This document shows, one piece after another, positions 45,299 to 58,785 of a stretch of 64,000 nucleotides of DNA (position 1 is its first letter; every line of letters starts with the position of its first letter). The position numbers and the translations under genes were made by a program. The DNA lies in contig OZ024755.1 of the NCBI GenBank assembly GCA_964016885.1, positions 16,678,001 through 16,742,000 of the forward strand, written 5' to 3'. The stretch is from Eledone cirrhosa (lineage: Eukaryota). The notes under the pieces were generated by a model, which worked only from the letters and a program-made list of their open reading frames with translations, was not told the DNA's origin and did no database searches.

Positions 45299-45356
<58 letters not shown>

Positions 45357-48300
45357 CTGCTCTGACTGACAGCAGTAAAAATATTATTAAAGAATACTTG
45401 ACTATGAAAAATGTTAACTTTGATTCGTTTTACCAAATTCTTTGTTGTTCTTCTTATTCTGTTTGTGATACTATTCTTTACTTCAAGAGACGAATTCTAC
45501 GATGAAATCAATGTAGACAGCAAACCAAATGCTAATGAACTGGAAGAAAGGTAAGACATCAGATATAGGAATCATCATCATCATCATCATCACCATTTAA
45601 CGTCCATTTTTCCACACTAGCATGGGTTAGATGAGTTGTCCTGTTGTGAGACAAGTCATATCAGGTGACAGTGTCTTGCTTGTACAGAACTGTTTTTAGC
45701 TTAGTTCAGACATATAATAGTGGGGTCGGCTTATATTCAAGTTTATACAGTAATTTTAATTCAGCATAAATCATATATTTTCATTGATTCCAGGAAGCAG
45801 AGATTGCTTTTTCACTTGAACACTTCTGGTAAATATTTCACCTACAAAGAACGTCTGAAGCATTCTGTTGTTAAAATCGTCCGGGAAAAATATCTCAAGA
45901 CAAATGATTTTGATGACAAAGAGAAGTTACAGGTGAGATAACTTGTAACTCAGTGTTGTTTTATAAGATTCCTTGGCAGGTAACTCATCTTGGTATTGTA
46001 TGGTATGGTCCCGTAACTTCTGTCGAACTGTAGACCTATTGAACTGTAGAACTATTGAACTGAAGAACTGTTGAACTGAAGTGAGGGTGTAATAATAATT
46101 GAATGTAATTCTGTGGTGGCAGAAAGAATTGTGTACTCCTCAAACTGTCAGAGTGTTCTTCGAACCTGTTGAATAAAATTGTGTACCCCTGTTTAGCTGA
46201 AGCATAATATATAGGCAAAACACACGAGTACACTTGAAACACATGATTGCAATATGATTAGCTGTTGTTAAATAATCAAGACTTGTTAGATAACACTCAA
46301 TATGAGTTCAATACGTGACAATGTGTAAAAAATAATTGTTTCTACTTTTGGCACAAGGCCAGCAATTACCCAGTACATGACTGGTACTTTATTTTATCGA
46401 CCCCGTAAGGATGAAAGGCAAAGTTAACCTCGGCGGGATTTGAACTCAGAATGGAAAGGGCCGTAACTCTATGCGTCAAAACATGGCGTCCGACCCTCTA
46501 CCGATACTGCCAATCCAATGTGTAAAAAATAATGATAATATACAATACAATATATTTTCAAGGAGTTTCTCAGTGAACTATACATCTTCCTTGTGGAGGA
46601 GATGAATATGGCTGTCAATAAATACCTGAATATCGAAGAACAGACGCCTGTTCCTGAACCAGTGCCAGATGTAATTCAATTAAAACAGTTTGCAGAAGAG
46701 GCTGAAATGAACGGAAACATGACCTTAGCTGCTAAATATCATGAAGAGGTATGTGATTTTCTTTTCATATCTTTTTTGTATATATGTAGGTATATAGGTG
46801 TTTTGTATGAAAGAGAGACAGCTAGGCTAATGATGTGACCAAAGAATTTAGAGCGAGTAAAAGATGGTAGACATAACAGGCTGTCAGTTATCTGACCTGG
46901 AGGATCAGAGTGGTCCCAACTCTATTGCTATCAAAATCTGTCTATCTTCAGATCTCTATGTATCTATCAATCATACGTTAATGAATCTATCAATCACAAG
47001 TTAACCCTTTAGCATTTAACCCTTTCACATTTAAACTGGCCATATCTGGTCAGAATTATCCCACCTCTTCAAACCCACCATAACTGGCTGCTCATACTTA
47101 TGCTAAGTATTCTTTTCAAAATAAATAATATCAAAATCTCATAGATTCGATGTTATGTGAGGTAATTATGTTAGATAGAGCCTTTACCATAAAAATACAA
47201 TAGTATATATAGAGTAATCATCATCATCATCATCATCGTTTAACGTCCATCTTCCACGCTTGCATGGGTTTGGACGGGAGTTTTCCCACTTGAGGCAAGA
47301 TTGGTTGTCTTGCTCGCATAGGACTGTCTGGTGGGTTTTCTACGGCTGGATGCCCTTCCTAACACCAACCACGTTTACAGTGTGGACTGGGCGGTTTTTA
47401 CCGTGTTACCTACACGGCCACATTACAGCGTGGACTGTGTGTTTTTTTTGTTGTGACACCTACACGACCTCATTTGTTTCTGACTGGATGTTGTGGTACC
47501 AACATAACTTTACATTGAAATGTAAAGGTGTGGATGGGGTGGGGGTAGTGGGACGGGGGTGTATTTTTGTTAGAGGTGCCTACTGACTGTAGTAGGTTTC
47601 ACTTTGTACTTAGGTAAGGCGGGTCTTCTGTATTACTGTGTAGCGCCAAAGATCTCGGTCCAGTGACATTGTCTTGGAGAGGTGTAAGTGTGTGAGGTCG
47701 GAATTTATCAAGTCGTCCCAGGTTTTTTTGGGTCTGCCTACTTTGTGGCTACCATCTATTTTTATTGCCCTGCACTTTTTTATACAGCTGTCGTCTTTCA
47801 TGCGCATCACGTGACCGTACCAACGTAGTCTTCTCTCGAGTAAACAACATCTAATCCCTCTTAATTCTAATTTTTCCCTTAGTTCGTTTATGCTTTGCCA
47901 TTCACGTATATTACTATTACACATCCAGCGGAGCATGTGAATGCTAAAGGGTTAAACTAGCTGCATCTGACCAGAATTCTCTCACCGCTTTCTGATCAAA
48001 CCAGCTGTAACCAGCCACTCATTCATACTGATAGTAACGTATTGTTTTCAAAATAAATAATTTCAAAATCTCATACATTCAATATTATAATAATGATAAA
48101 AATGAAATTATTGTGTACAGTGCTCAGGTGCACTACAACTCATCAAAGTTGCATGTATAGTACATAGAATAATGTACAAATGTCAGGAAAGTGAACAGTG
48201 TATGAGTTATGATATACATGCGTGTGTGTGTGTGCGTCTATGGAGGGGGATATCAGGTGTGGTGTTGGCGAATTTCAGGAAGCATGGAGGTTTTAAAGGA

Positions 48301-50774
48301 TGCAGTGTCCCGGCAGCTAACAACTGATGCAGGTAGTTTGTCCCATGCTTCAGCAACTCTGAGCGTGAAAAAATGTTTTTGAAAGTCATGGGAGCTGTGC
48401 TGTTTTCTGACTTTGTAGGCATGTCCACGTGTGTTTATGTGAGATAAAGCCTTTACCCCCAAAATACAATAGTATATATAATGTAAATGCTAATGGGTTA
48501 AATAAAATCAATAATATTTGGATTATATATTTTTTTCAGCGCATAATCAAAGAGAAACATAATCCAAACCATTGGCTGGATTATGCAGTTTTCAGTTTGG
48601 GTTGCATGGACATCGACAAGGTAACATTGATAAATATCGAGCTAAATAATCATCATCATCACTACCATCACCATTAGCATCAGCATCATCATCACCAACA
48701 ACATACCAACACCACGATCACCATTCTAATCTTTATCAGCATCATCATCACCTCGGTCTGCTGCCATCACCATCATCATCATCATCATCATCATCACAGT
48801 GGTGATGGTGGCAACAGCTGTGGTGGTGATTGGGATGGTGATGGTGAAGGTGATGATGATGGTAATGATGGACATGTAATATAATAATTTCTAATTAAGA
48901 CACAAAGCAAGCCTATTTAGTTGAAGGGGAAAGTTGATTAAACGAACCCCAGTGTGTTACTGGTACTTTATTTTATCAACCCCATAAAGATAAAGGGCAA
49001 AGTTAACCTCAGTGGGATTTGAACATAGAATGTTAAGAACAAAAACAAATACTGCACAACCATTTTATCCGGCACTTTACCGATTCTGCCCCCCCCCCCC
49101 CCCCCCCCGCCACTCCTGACATTTGATATAATGGTTTCTGATTTAGACACAAGACCAACAATTTTTTGGCAAGGGGAAAGTCGATTAAATCAACTCCATT
49201 GCATTACTGGTTCTTTATTTTATTGACTTTATAAGGATGAAAGGCAAAGCTAACCTCGGTGGGATTTGAACTCAGATCGAAAAGAGCCAGAACAAATTTA
49301 ATCGACCCCCCCCCCCCAAAAAAAAAAAAATTGTTGGCCATGTTTATAAAACAGAAACCATTATTTGATTTGTTTCCTTTTAATCCAATGGTGGTCAACC
49401 TATTCACCCCGGCACTTGAAAGGGGTCTACGTGGACATGACAGAAAGCTGTTTCACCGCCGCTTTCGCCTAAATCAACGGAAAGCTCCTTTCTCGATCCA
49501 CATCTCTGGACCCTGGAATCGGCTTCCAGAAGAAGTAGTCAACGCGTCAACCACGCAACAATTCAAGGCGAAATTGGACCGGTGTTGGACCACTGTGTTT
49601 CCGACTGTGTAAATTTTGCCCCCTTCCCCTCCTTACAAGGCATCTGAAGCAACTATGTTTTAATTTCTGCCAAATATATTGAATTGAATTGAATTGAATT
49701 TCCAGATCAAAATATTGTCTAATTATTATTATACTAAGATTAAAAACTTGTGTCGAAATATACTTAATTGATCTAATTTCTATTGATTACAAGGCAGATG
49801 AATGTGCCAGAGAATGTATTGCTATTGATCAAGGAAACCATGAAGGGTATGTACACACATTTTTGATTAACCCTTTAGCATTTACATTATTCTATATTTA
49901 CTATTGTATTTTTGTGATAAAGGCTTTATCTCACATAATATCGAATCTATGAGATTTTGATATTATTCATTTTGAGAACACTACCTTAACGTTAGTATGA
50001 GTGGCCAGTTACAGCTGGTTTGAACAGAAAGAGCTGAGAAAGTTCTGGCCTGGTACGGCCAGTTTAAATGCTAAAGTGTTAGTTAATTTTTGTTTCTTTT
50101 CTGGTGACCTAATAGTTCATTGGCTGACTGGATATTGTTTAACCCTTTAACATTTAAACCGGCTGCATCTGGCCAGAATTCTCTCACCTTTTTCAGTTCA
50201 AACTGGTCGTAACTGGCCACTCATACTGATGTTAAGGTATTGTTCTAAAAAAATAATAATATCAAGATCTCTTAGTTTTGGAGCTTTAGGGAAAAATGAA
50301 TTTTACCCAAATTCTATTTCAGGCTGCTACTAGTTGGCACTTTGGCTGGTCTGAAAAACCTTCACAATGTTGCCGAAACTTTCTTAGAAGCTGCGTTAGC
50401 AATTTATCCAGAAAGTATTCTTGCATGGACACTCTTAGGTAAGTGTTTTTATTATTATTTTTTTTTTAATTCATTTTGAAAAATACTTCATTTTTTTCTC
50501 CCTTTGCAACCCGTTGTTACTTCTCTGAATTGAGAGATCACAACTCCAATACTACAGATGTGTGGTTAGAATGTCTAAAGAAAGAATCACCGGACAGACT
50601 TTATGGGCAAAACAAACTGGCAGGAGACCCAGGGGTAAACCCCAAGCAAGATGCTTGGATAACATTGTCTCGTTTGGGGATCCATCTGGATCAATTGGAG
50701 ATGGTTGCTTCTGACAGGACCTGCTTCAAGGTGTGTTTGAGGACTCTACTCCCATGTAGTGGTGGTGGTGATTG

Positions 50775-50805
<31 letters not shown>

Positions 50806-53800
50806 AAGTGGTAAACCACAAAGTAGTTGCAAGTAACCAGCAATACAGCTACCTCCCCCACCCATGTACCCAACAATACAACTGACCCCCCAACAAAAAA
50901 AAAAAAGAAAAAAACAACCAGCAATGCAGCAGTGCCCCACCCCACTCCAAATACCTTGATTTTTTTAAATATTTTAAAATTTGTTTGTTTATTTGCTTAC
51001 TTGTAGGACTTATTTATGATGGAGCAGCAAATGAAATGAAATCAGAGATGGCTTTTCATGAAGCAGAAAGTTTGAACATTGCTCAGAATGAAACTGAAAT
51101 TGTTAAAAAGAAACAGGAAAATGAACACAGCGATGATACTGAGGAATCTCAAGTAAGCTGTAATGTCGAAAAAGAAGAAATTTCAGAAGAGGCCAAGATA
51201 GAAAAACGTCACAGCAGTAAAAATCTAGGTTATAGCTCTACTGTCATGTTTTTGCACAAATATATAATTTGCATGTGATTCTAACTTGCTAAACACTTAA
51301 CCCTTTAGCATTTACGTTGTTCTATATATAACTATTGTATTTTCATGGTAAAGGCTTTATCTCACATAATATTGAATCTATGAGATTTTGATATAATTTA
51401 TTTTGAAAACAATACCTTAACATCAGTATGAGTGGCCGGTTACAGGCAGTTTGAACAGAAAGATGTGTATCCGGCCAGAATTCTCTCACTTCTTTCTGTT
51501 CAAATCAGCTGTAACTGACCACTCATACTTATGTTAAGGTATTATTTTCAAAATAACTAATATCAAAATCTCATAGATTCGATATGTGAGATAATTATGT
51601 GACGTAGTATATATAATCATGTATATGTCACACCTTTTCCCATGAATGTGGATCTATGCACCTGTAACTTCTGAAGGAGTTGTAGGGTTGAGGGGGGGGG
51701 GGGGGTCATGACATACAGCATCTCTTGCCAATTCGCTGCCTTTTTATCAGTATACATAATTTTATTCAAGATCCTTTATTAAATTATGTTCCAAACAACA
51801 GCAAAATAATGAGCAAGTTAGTTATTTTATTAAAATATATATTTTTATAGAATATTAAGAAAAAAAACAACAGCAATAACCCCTATAACTTTCTCTACTT
51901 AATAAATTACTTTTAGGAACACGAATTGAGCCTGGGGTCAAATCATTATCAAACATCAGTCAAACACAAGTGGAAGAGTCCAACCCATCAAATGAATCTG
52001 CTCCAGAATTTAGTGTATTTATGATGGCAGCAGAATGGTTAATTAAATATAAAGTTTACAGAGTAAGTAAATATGTGTTTTTCTCAGATTTATTTATTTA
52101 TTCAATTTAAACGTCTGTAGAGAGCTAGGTGACAAATTGGCAGAGTCGTTAGAACGTCGGATAAAATGCTTTATGGTATTTGTTCTGGCTCTCAGCTCTC
52201 TCAGTTCAAATCTCACTGAGGTCAACTTTGCCTTTCATCTTTTCAAGGTCGATAAAAAAAAGTACCAATGGGGTCGATTCTTCCTCTGAATCTCTCTTTC
52301 ATTTCCTCTCTCTCACTTTCTATCTTTCTCTGGAAGAAATCTGCTGTATACAGGCCTGGAGAGGGATGGGCTCCACCAGGCTCAAAATTCCCAAGAAACA
52401 CTAGTAAGCCATGACAGACTAGGGGAAGTATCTGGTAATTGTTATAGTTGAGATACAGAGATAAGTGAATATAAAAATAAAATAAAATAAAATGTTAAAG
52501 TCTAAAGATATGACCCCTGCTATCTATTCCTTTCCAGCTAGGTAGGAACAACTCCGTCTCCCTATTTATTTATTTATCATCATCATCATTTTACGTCCGC
52601 TTTTCCCTGCTTGCAAGGGTGGGACGGGTCCTATTAAGCACAGCATCTCTCCATTCGCCATGGTCCTTTGTCATCTCTTCAGCGATCTGAGGTCAGCTCT
52701 CACCACCTCCGCCCATGTTTTTCGTGGTCTTCCTTCTACTGGGATTTCTTGTCACTTCTTTACCCAGCAGTCATCCTTCATGTGCATCACATGTCCATAC
52801 CAACACAGTCTTCTCTCCCACATACTAGAGCCTATCCCTCTTATACACATCTTCTCTCTCAACTCGTCATAGGATTTTACATTTAATCAATGTAAAATCC
52901 TATGGCAGACTAAGGGAAGCATCTAGTATTTATTAGAGTTGAGGAACAAAAAACAAGATAATAATAAATATAATTCAGTGTACCCCTGACATTCGCAATC
53001 CTGGTTATTTGCGGAATTTTCCTTAGAACCTAACTAATAATTGTTTGTGGAAACCACTACATATTCGTGGAATCGTAAATATCTTCCATGGCTTTTTATG
53101 GCTTTTATCGTGGCAATATATATTTAAAAAATTTTTTTTAATGTGAAATTATTAATAACAATATACTGTATTTACCGCCCTATATTTCACATTATGAATG
53201 GGCTGGAAGAAGATTAGGTAGCTAGTACTTCGGCTGACAACAAAGGGCTTCTCTCTTTGAGTGAAGGGCAGACTGTATGATGCTTGCATAAAAACTGCAA
53301 TGCTACATGGCAGTGAAACATGGGCCTTGACTACAGAAGACCTGTGAAGGCTAGAAAGAGAGGTACAATAAAAAAAAATGCCCAGTTTGCTCTGTAGAGG
53401 TTGAGATCAATGGCTCTGATCGAGTACTGACTTAGTCTGTGATAACCCATCCAAGCCTTGGGTTGGATAGTGAAGATGGTGATGATGATAGTGATGATGA
53501 TAATGACAATGATGATGGTGATAATGATGATGATGGTACTGATGATGATGATGCTTTATCATTCTACCATCTATATAACTACGACGGATTTCTATAAAAA
53601 CATTACCCCCTCCCTCACCTTCCAAAAATGTAACACAAGGAAATTTATGCATATTCCATATTTTTATATTTAGGTAGCAGAACGTGCTTTGGCACATGAA
53701 ATCCTCCAAACAGCTAATAAGCCTTCCATTCAGTACTTTTGGTGCCTTGCTAAAATTTGTATGGCCAAGAAAGAGTTTGCTGATGCTGAAGGTTATCTGA

Positions 53801-56800
53801 ATGAGGCCCTCTTAATCAGTCAAGAGGTAAGTATTTTTTGATTTGTTGATGGGGTCCACAGAGCTACTCACTACTCTAGCTGGGAAGATTCTCTTGATGG
53901 CCTTGTCATTTTATTGTGGCACCAGCACTACCACTTAACTCTTTAGCATTTAAACCGGCTGTATCCGGCCAGTATTCTCTCACCTCTTTCTGTTCAAACT
54001 GGCCATAGCTGACCACTCATAGTGATGTTAGGGTATTGTTCTCAAAATAAATAATATCAAAATCTCATAGATTCGATATTATGTGAGATAATTATGTGAG
54101 GTAAAGCTTTGACCATGAAAATATAATAGTAAATATAGAGTAATGTAAATTCTAAAGGGTTAAGTCTACTATCTAAGTAAGCCACAGAGGTATTTGAACT
54201 CTGAATACAAACATTTGGAACAAATACTGCAAAGCCTCTCATCCCATGCCCTAACAATTCCGCTTCAGACTAGTGTACTTTATTCTATCCAAGGGTCCTT
54301 GGTGGGATTTGAACTGAGTGCACAGAAAATGAGAACCAATACCAAGACATTTAGTCTGACAATAACACCTTGATTGACAAATATAATTTTTTAATGACAT
54401 TCAGCAGGGTATGATATGGTCCAGTAACTCCTCATGAATTCACAGGGGTGCTGTAGTGGCATATGGCATTTCTTGGGCATTTTAAAGCCTGGCAGAGTCC
54501 ATTTCATTTTGCTTTTTGTTCTAATAACCCTACAAATTACATATTCCAACCATCTTAATTTTTATTACATATGAAGAGATAGACACTAGAATTAGCATTT
54601 AAAATCTGACACACTGAGAATTTCAATTGCAAAGATTTTATTTTATTAAGCACTGGTATACCTTGGCTTATGTTGTTTTGAGTTTTGTCATTTTCAAAGT
54701 TATGCCGGTTGTTCTTAATATTATATGTCAAAAATAAACCCTGTGTTATGTCGACTGACACAACTTTACATCGGTCTGCCCAAAATATCAAACCATAAAA
54801 AAAACACAAAAAAAAAACAATATAAACATATAAAATCACATTTAAATAAATGCTAAAATATACAGTATAAAATAATTGTTTCTACTTTAGGCACACGGCC
54901 AGCAATTTGAAGGGGAGGGGAAAGTTGATTAAATCGACCCCAGTGTATTACTGGTGCTTTATTTTATCGACTCTGTAAGGATGAAAGGCAAAGTTAACCC
55001 TGGCGGGATTTGAACACAGAACGCAAAGGGCCGTAACTCTATGCCACGAAGCATGTTGTCCGACGCTCTACCGATACTGCCAATCCACTGCCCTTGCATA
55101 CAGTATAAAATAATAATAATCATCTTCATACACCCACTTTTTCTTGCTTGTGTGTGTGTGGAGGGGGTTTGACCTTGGCCGTTTTTCCTCTTAACCCTTT
55201 AATGTTCAAACCGGCCAGAATTCTCTACCTTTTTCTGTTGAAACTGGCTGTAACTGGTCACTCAAACTGATGTTATGGTATTGTTCTCAAAATAAATACT
55301 TTCAAAATCTCATAGATTCGATATTATGTGAGATAATTATGTAAGTTAAAGCATTTACCATGAAAATACAATAGTATATATATAGAGTAATGTGAATGCT
55401 AAAGGGTTAAGTCTTGACTTCTGGAACCAATTAACAATGTAGTGTGAGGTATACCTGTATTATTTTTTTGCTATCTTCTTTACACTTGTTGATCTTAACA
55501 TTATTTGTTATTTTTATTTCAAAGTACCCTGAAACATGGGCACTATTAGGTCACGTGAAATATTTAACTGGGGACGTTTCTGAAGCTCAGAATCATTATG
55601 AACGTACCTTATCATTTGTTAACGAGACCCAAGACATACATCCAGTGTATTTACGTTTAGGATCAATCTACCTGCAAGACAAGAAGGTAATCCTCTTCTC
55701 CCTTTTCTCTTTTACTAATTTTAAATTCAATTCATGAATAGACATTCTAACCATATGTCTAATATTAGAGCTTTGAACTGAGAAATCACAGCTCTGATAC
55801 TACAGACATGTAGTTAGAATGTATCAGGAAAGAATCGCTAGACAGATTTTACAGACAAAACTAACCGGCAGGAAGCCTACGAGGGTTAACTGAAAAGTTC
55901 ATAGGCTGACCAAGATCAAGATACTCTCATGGAATGACCAAATGAGGTTTCTTTTTCAACATATTCTCCAGAAAGAAACAATGCAGTTATTAATAAGAGT
56001 TGAAATTAATGCATGTAAGATTTCACAGCAATAGCATCACCCCTTCATAGACAGCCTATGAGCTTTTCAGCCTCCCTTTGTTTAGTATCAGGAAAGTAAA
56101 CATATTTTCACAAATATTTAATCAATGATTTTTTTTGTCACTGCTTCTAATTACAGTCAATGTTGCAGACAGATATTTCGCTAAAAAAAAAATGATGATA
56201 ATAATAAAGTACAATATGTTCCTAGAAACAATTGAACATTTCTCTAAAATATGAAAATGTCTTTAACCCATTAGCATTTGATTTGGCTGTATCTGGCCAG
56301 AATTCTCTTACCTCTTTCTGTTCAAACCGGCCATAACTAACTGCTCATACTTATGTTAAGGTATTGTTCTCAAAATATATAACATCAAAATTTCATAGAT
56401 TCAATATTATGTGAACCGGCCATATCCGGCCAGAATTCTCTCACCTCTTCCTGTTCATATTAGCTGTAACCAGTTGCTCATACTCATGTTGAGGTATTGT
56501 TCTCAAAATAAATAATATCAAAATCTCATAGATTCGATATTATGTGAGATAATTATGTGAAATAAAGTGTTTACCATAAAAATACAACAGTATATAGAGA
56601 GTAACGTGAATGCTAAAGCATTAAATGTCTTTTGAATTCAAGATTAATTCTGTGATATGATAAATTATTTATTTAAAACAGTTTTCTGAAGCTCGGGATG
56701 TGTTTCTCTTGGCATGTAAATCTAGTCCGTCCTCTGTAACATGGTTGGGAGTTGCAATAGCTTGTTATCGGGTGAGTAGCTTAACTGTTTCTTTTTAAAC

Positions 56801-58076
56801 ATTTCTTTACAGCTATTCCTTCCAGTCCTAAGTTTAATGCTCTTTTATTATTATAAACTGTGAAAGGGTTTGACAGTATCGGTAGAGCGTTGGATAATGC
56901 TTTGCAGCATAGAGTCGTGGCCCTTTACGTTCTGAGTTCAAATCTCACTGAAATTAACTTTGCCTTTCATCCTTAAGGAGTTGATAAAATAAAGCACCAG
57001 TAATTCACTGAGGTAATTGCTGGCCTTGCGCCAAAAAGGTATATTATTATTTATAATGGTTATTTCATCTATTATATTTCACAGATGGACAAGCTGGCTG
57101 ATGCAGAATCTGCTTTATGTGAAGCAAATATCCTGAATAACATGGACCCTGAAATCTGGGCCTATCTAGCACTTGTTTCCCTCAAACATAAGCGTGCATA
57201 TGAAGCTGAACAAAGTTTTAAGTATTCTATAAAAGTAAGTTTCATTCCAAAACATTCAATATATACTTTTTTTAATGAGTTTACACATTGAAATATTAAT
57301 CACATGATTAATTTTCATATTTTCATATAATTGTTATCATCATCATCATCATCATTATTGTTTAACCCTTTAGCATTTAAACCGGCCATATCTGGCCAGA
57401 ATATCTCTCACCTCTTTCTGTTCAAACCAGCCATAACTGGCCACTCATACTGATGTTAAGGTATTCTCAAAATAAATAATATCAAAATCTCATAGATTTG
57501 ATATTGTGTTAGATAATTATGTGAGGTTAAGCCTTTACCATGAAAATACAATAGTATATACAGAGTAATGTAAATTCTAAAGGGTTAAACTATATTATTT
57601 AGTCAAAGAGTTATAGCAAAGTCTTCTATTTCAATTATCAAACCCTGCTTACTGTTTTCTAAATATACTTCCTTTGTCTAGAACAAACAGTTAACATTTT
57701 TTTTTGTTTTTAAAAAAAAAAAAGTTAGTCTTTCTGGAGCTGAAAGGGTCATCAGGCCAGAACATATCCCAGTTTCATGCAGTGTTAAGTTACTGACAGT
57801 ATAATACACCCCAAGGATGGAATGCTAGTCCATCACAAGTTTAACCACCAGTTTTTACTACAGTTAATCCATGTTTTGTCATTGCACATCTATCAAAGTA
57901 TGCTCACCTCATTTCTCTCCAGTCTCTACATATTAATTAAAAATGCTTATATTGATTATTTTCAGCTTGGGTTCAACGATAAAGACATCTTACAAGAAAT
58001 AATACAGTTACAAGAATCTACAGGCATTGGCCACACATCTTTCCACTCAAAACAAAATATTCTATCAAAAGATTAA
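32185..58076 (+). CDS. CFAP70: Cilia- and flagella-associated protein 70 (TTC18), multi-exon, ~1067 aa
   Basis: 27 coding exons with GT-AG boundaries and consistent phases, assembled by hand: 32185-32265, 33330-33519, 33860-33961, 36097-36179, 36836-37006, 37777-37904, 38275-38424, 39183-39267, 39518-39590, 40598-40659, 40936-41055, 41716-41879, 42634-42694, 43043-43104, 45488-45550, 45794-45932, 46563-46748, 48540-48620, 49794-49846, 50323-50438, 51007-51228, 51917-52062, 53674-53826, 55525-55686, 56682-56771, 57085-57234, 57966-58076 (3204 nt, open frame). Recognised motifs: N-terminal C2-like region ([18 protein letters not shown]), [44 protein letters not shown], and C-terminal TPRs ([37 protein letters not shown]). 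AATAAA at 58253. Confidence 0.93.
32705..33010 (+). mobile_element. RTE LINE 3' end with (GAT)n tail
   Basis: [20 protein letters not shown] motif. Related copies at 35600-35740, 47610-47936 (-) and 52580-52865 (-). Confidence 0.75.
34344..34409 (+). ncRNA. Type I hammerhead ribozyme motif
   Basis: tattttgt-CTGAAGA-AGG...CCT-GAAA-tatata-TA-acgaaata. Stem I is 8 bp and stem III is palindromic. It resembles the 43993 motif. Confidence 0.68.
34974..35173 (+). mobile_element. Hairpin-capped Penelope-like terminal repeat (same family as 5843)
   Basis: Palindrome at 34974-35091 with a tail similar to 5970-6050. Flanked by TA/TC microsatellites. Confidence 0.55.
42058..42550. repeat. ~30-bp minisatellite interrupted by a SINE
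   Basis: AAAACTATGGAAGACAATGATAGTGAACTAC units on both sides of the SINE. Confidence 0.9.
42110..42292 (-). mobile_element. tRNA-derived SINE (Nin-domain-like core) with target-site duplication
   Basis: A/B-box-like head and TGCCTTTCATCC..GGGGTCGATAAA core, with TSD ATGGAAGATAAT. Many copies: ~7178, 21185, 22005, 38465, 39795, 44635, 46337, 48890, 49135, 52130, 54877, 56870, 58800, 63700. Confidence 0.8.
43993..44057 (-). ncRNA. Type I hammerhead ribozyme motif (minus strand)
   Basis: Minus strand reads atattttat-CTGATGA-aAACG...CGTT-GAAA-tatgta-TA-ataaaatat, giving a 9-bp stem I and an AUA site. Confidence 0.68.
44166..44280 (+). ncRNA. Type I hammerhead ribozyme motif with large branched stem II
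   Basis: ttcccg-CTGATGA(44172-78)...CCACA/TGTGG...GAAA-CTCGAG-TC-caggaa. The core is intact, stem III is palindromic (ACTCGAGT), and the GUC cleavage site is at 44274. Confidence 0.75.
44436..44544 (+). ncRNA. Type I hammerhead ribozyme motif with long loop II
   Basis: tatt-CTGAGGA(44440-46)-tTTGATCAG...CTGATCAAt-GAAA-CAATTG-TT-aata. Stem II is 8 bp, stem III is palindromic (ACAATTGT), and the GUU site is at 44540. Confidence 0.68.
47218..47936 (-). mobile_element. RTE LINE 3' fragment plus linked SINE-like part, inserted into a TTAA MITE
   Basis: [22 protein letters not shown] with a (CAT)n tail. The host MITE 47001-47955 is split by it. Confidence 0.7.
48100..48435 (-). mobile_element. 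CR1-like LINE 3' fragment
   Basis: TRGH...FF..RV...W..LP..VV......FK motif. A second copy is at 44860-45105 (-), and a related element at 49400-49700 (+) has a (TGAAT)n tail. Confidence 0.7.
57362..57588. mobile_element. TTAA-flanked piggyBac-like MITE (~210-230 bp)
   Basis: TTAA-CCCTTTAG...CTAAAGGG-TTAA termini. Copies at ~22907, 31474, 36527, 43560, 47001, 47960, 49867, 50140, 51297, 53935, 55191, 56264 and 63231. Confidence 0.8.
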
Positions 58077-58369
58077 ATGCATGTGTAGTTGTTAGAATTG
58101 ACGAAATAAGCTGAGAATTTATATTTTACCAAAAAAAACCCCAAAAAACTTCCATTAATTTTGTTTGTGTTAATACTTATACTTTTCCTTGGGAATATAT
58201 TAACCCAGTTCACTTTTAAGCGAGTACTGATTTTGTAACATTATTTTCTGGTAATAAAATACTATATATACTATCTTCTTCTTCGCTCACTTATTCCTGA
58301 AACATTCCTTCCAGTAGGTCTGTCAGAAGTAAATGATCTGGCTGGATCCCCAAGTGAGACCAGCCAAGC

Positions 58370-58785
58370 TCATCTGTGAAGGAAGGGCAGTGCCTATGAC
58401 TTTTTTCGCAGGGCCTCTGCGGCTCATAAGAGAGATGAAGATAACTACATCCTTATTCGGGGTCTACTGGTTTTGCCTATAAAATCTGTCCAGCGATTCT
58501 TTCCTGAGATATTCTGACCACATGTCCATAATATCAGAGCTGTGATCTCTCAATTTGGAGAAGTAGCAGCTCTACCTGGAGAGACTCTCTGATCTCTGAG
58601 CTACGTACTCCATTGAGTAACGTTACTCCAAAACCCTTCAAAGGAACCCCATTTTGGCTGCTTTTATTTGTGATATTAAATCATGAAGCCAAAATATAAA
58701 CTGTCGCTAGTTATCTTCATCTCTCTTATGAGCCGCAGAGGCTCTGCGAAAAAAGTCATAGGCACTGCCCTTCCTTCACAGATGA
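58370..58785. repeat. ~78-bp inverted repeat with ~260-bp spacer
   Basis: 58370-58447 and 58708-58785 are near-perfect reverse complements. Confidence 0.9.

Noticed and set aside
57725-57760. Minus-strand CTGATGA...GAAA
   Set aside because: No stem II or stem I pairing, so a chance match. Likewise CTGATGA at ~184, 2037 and 20240.
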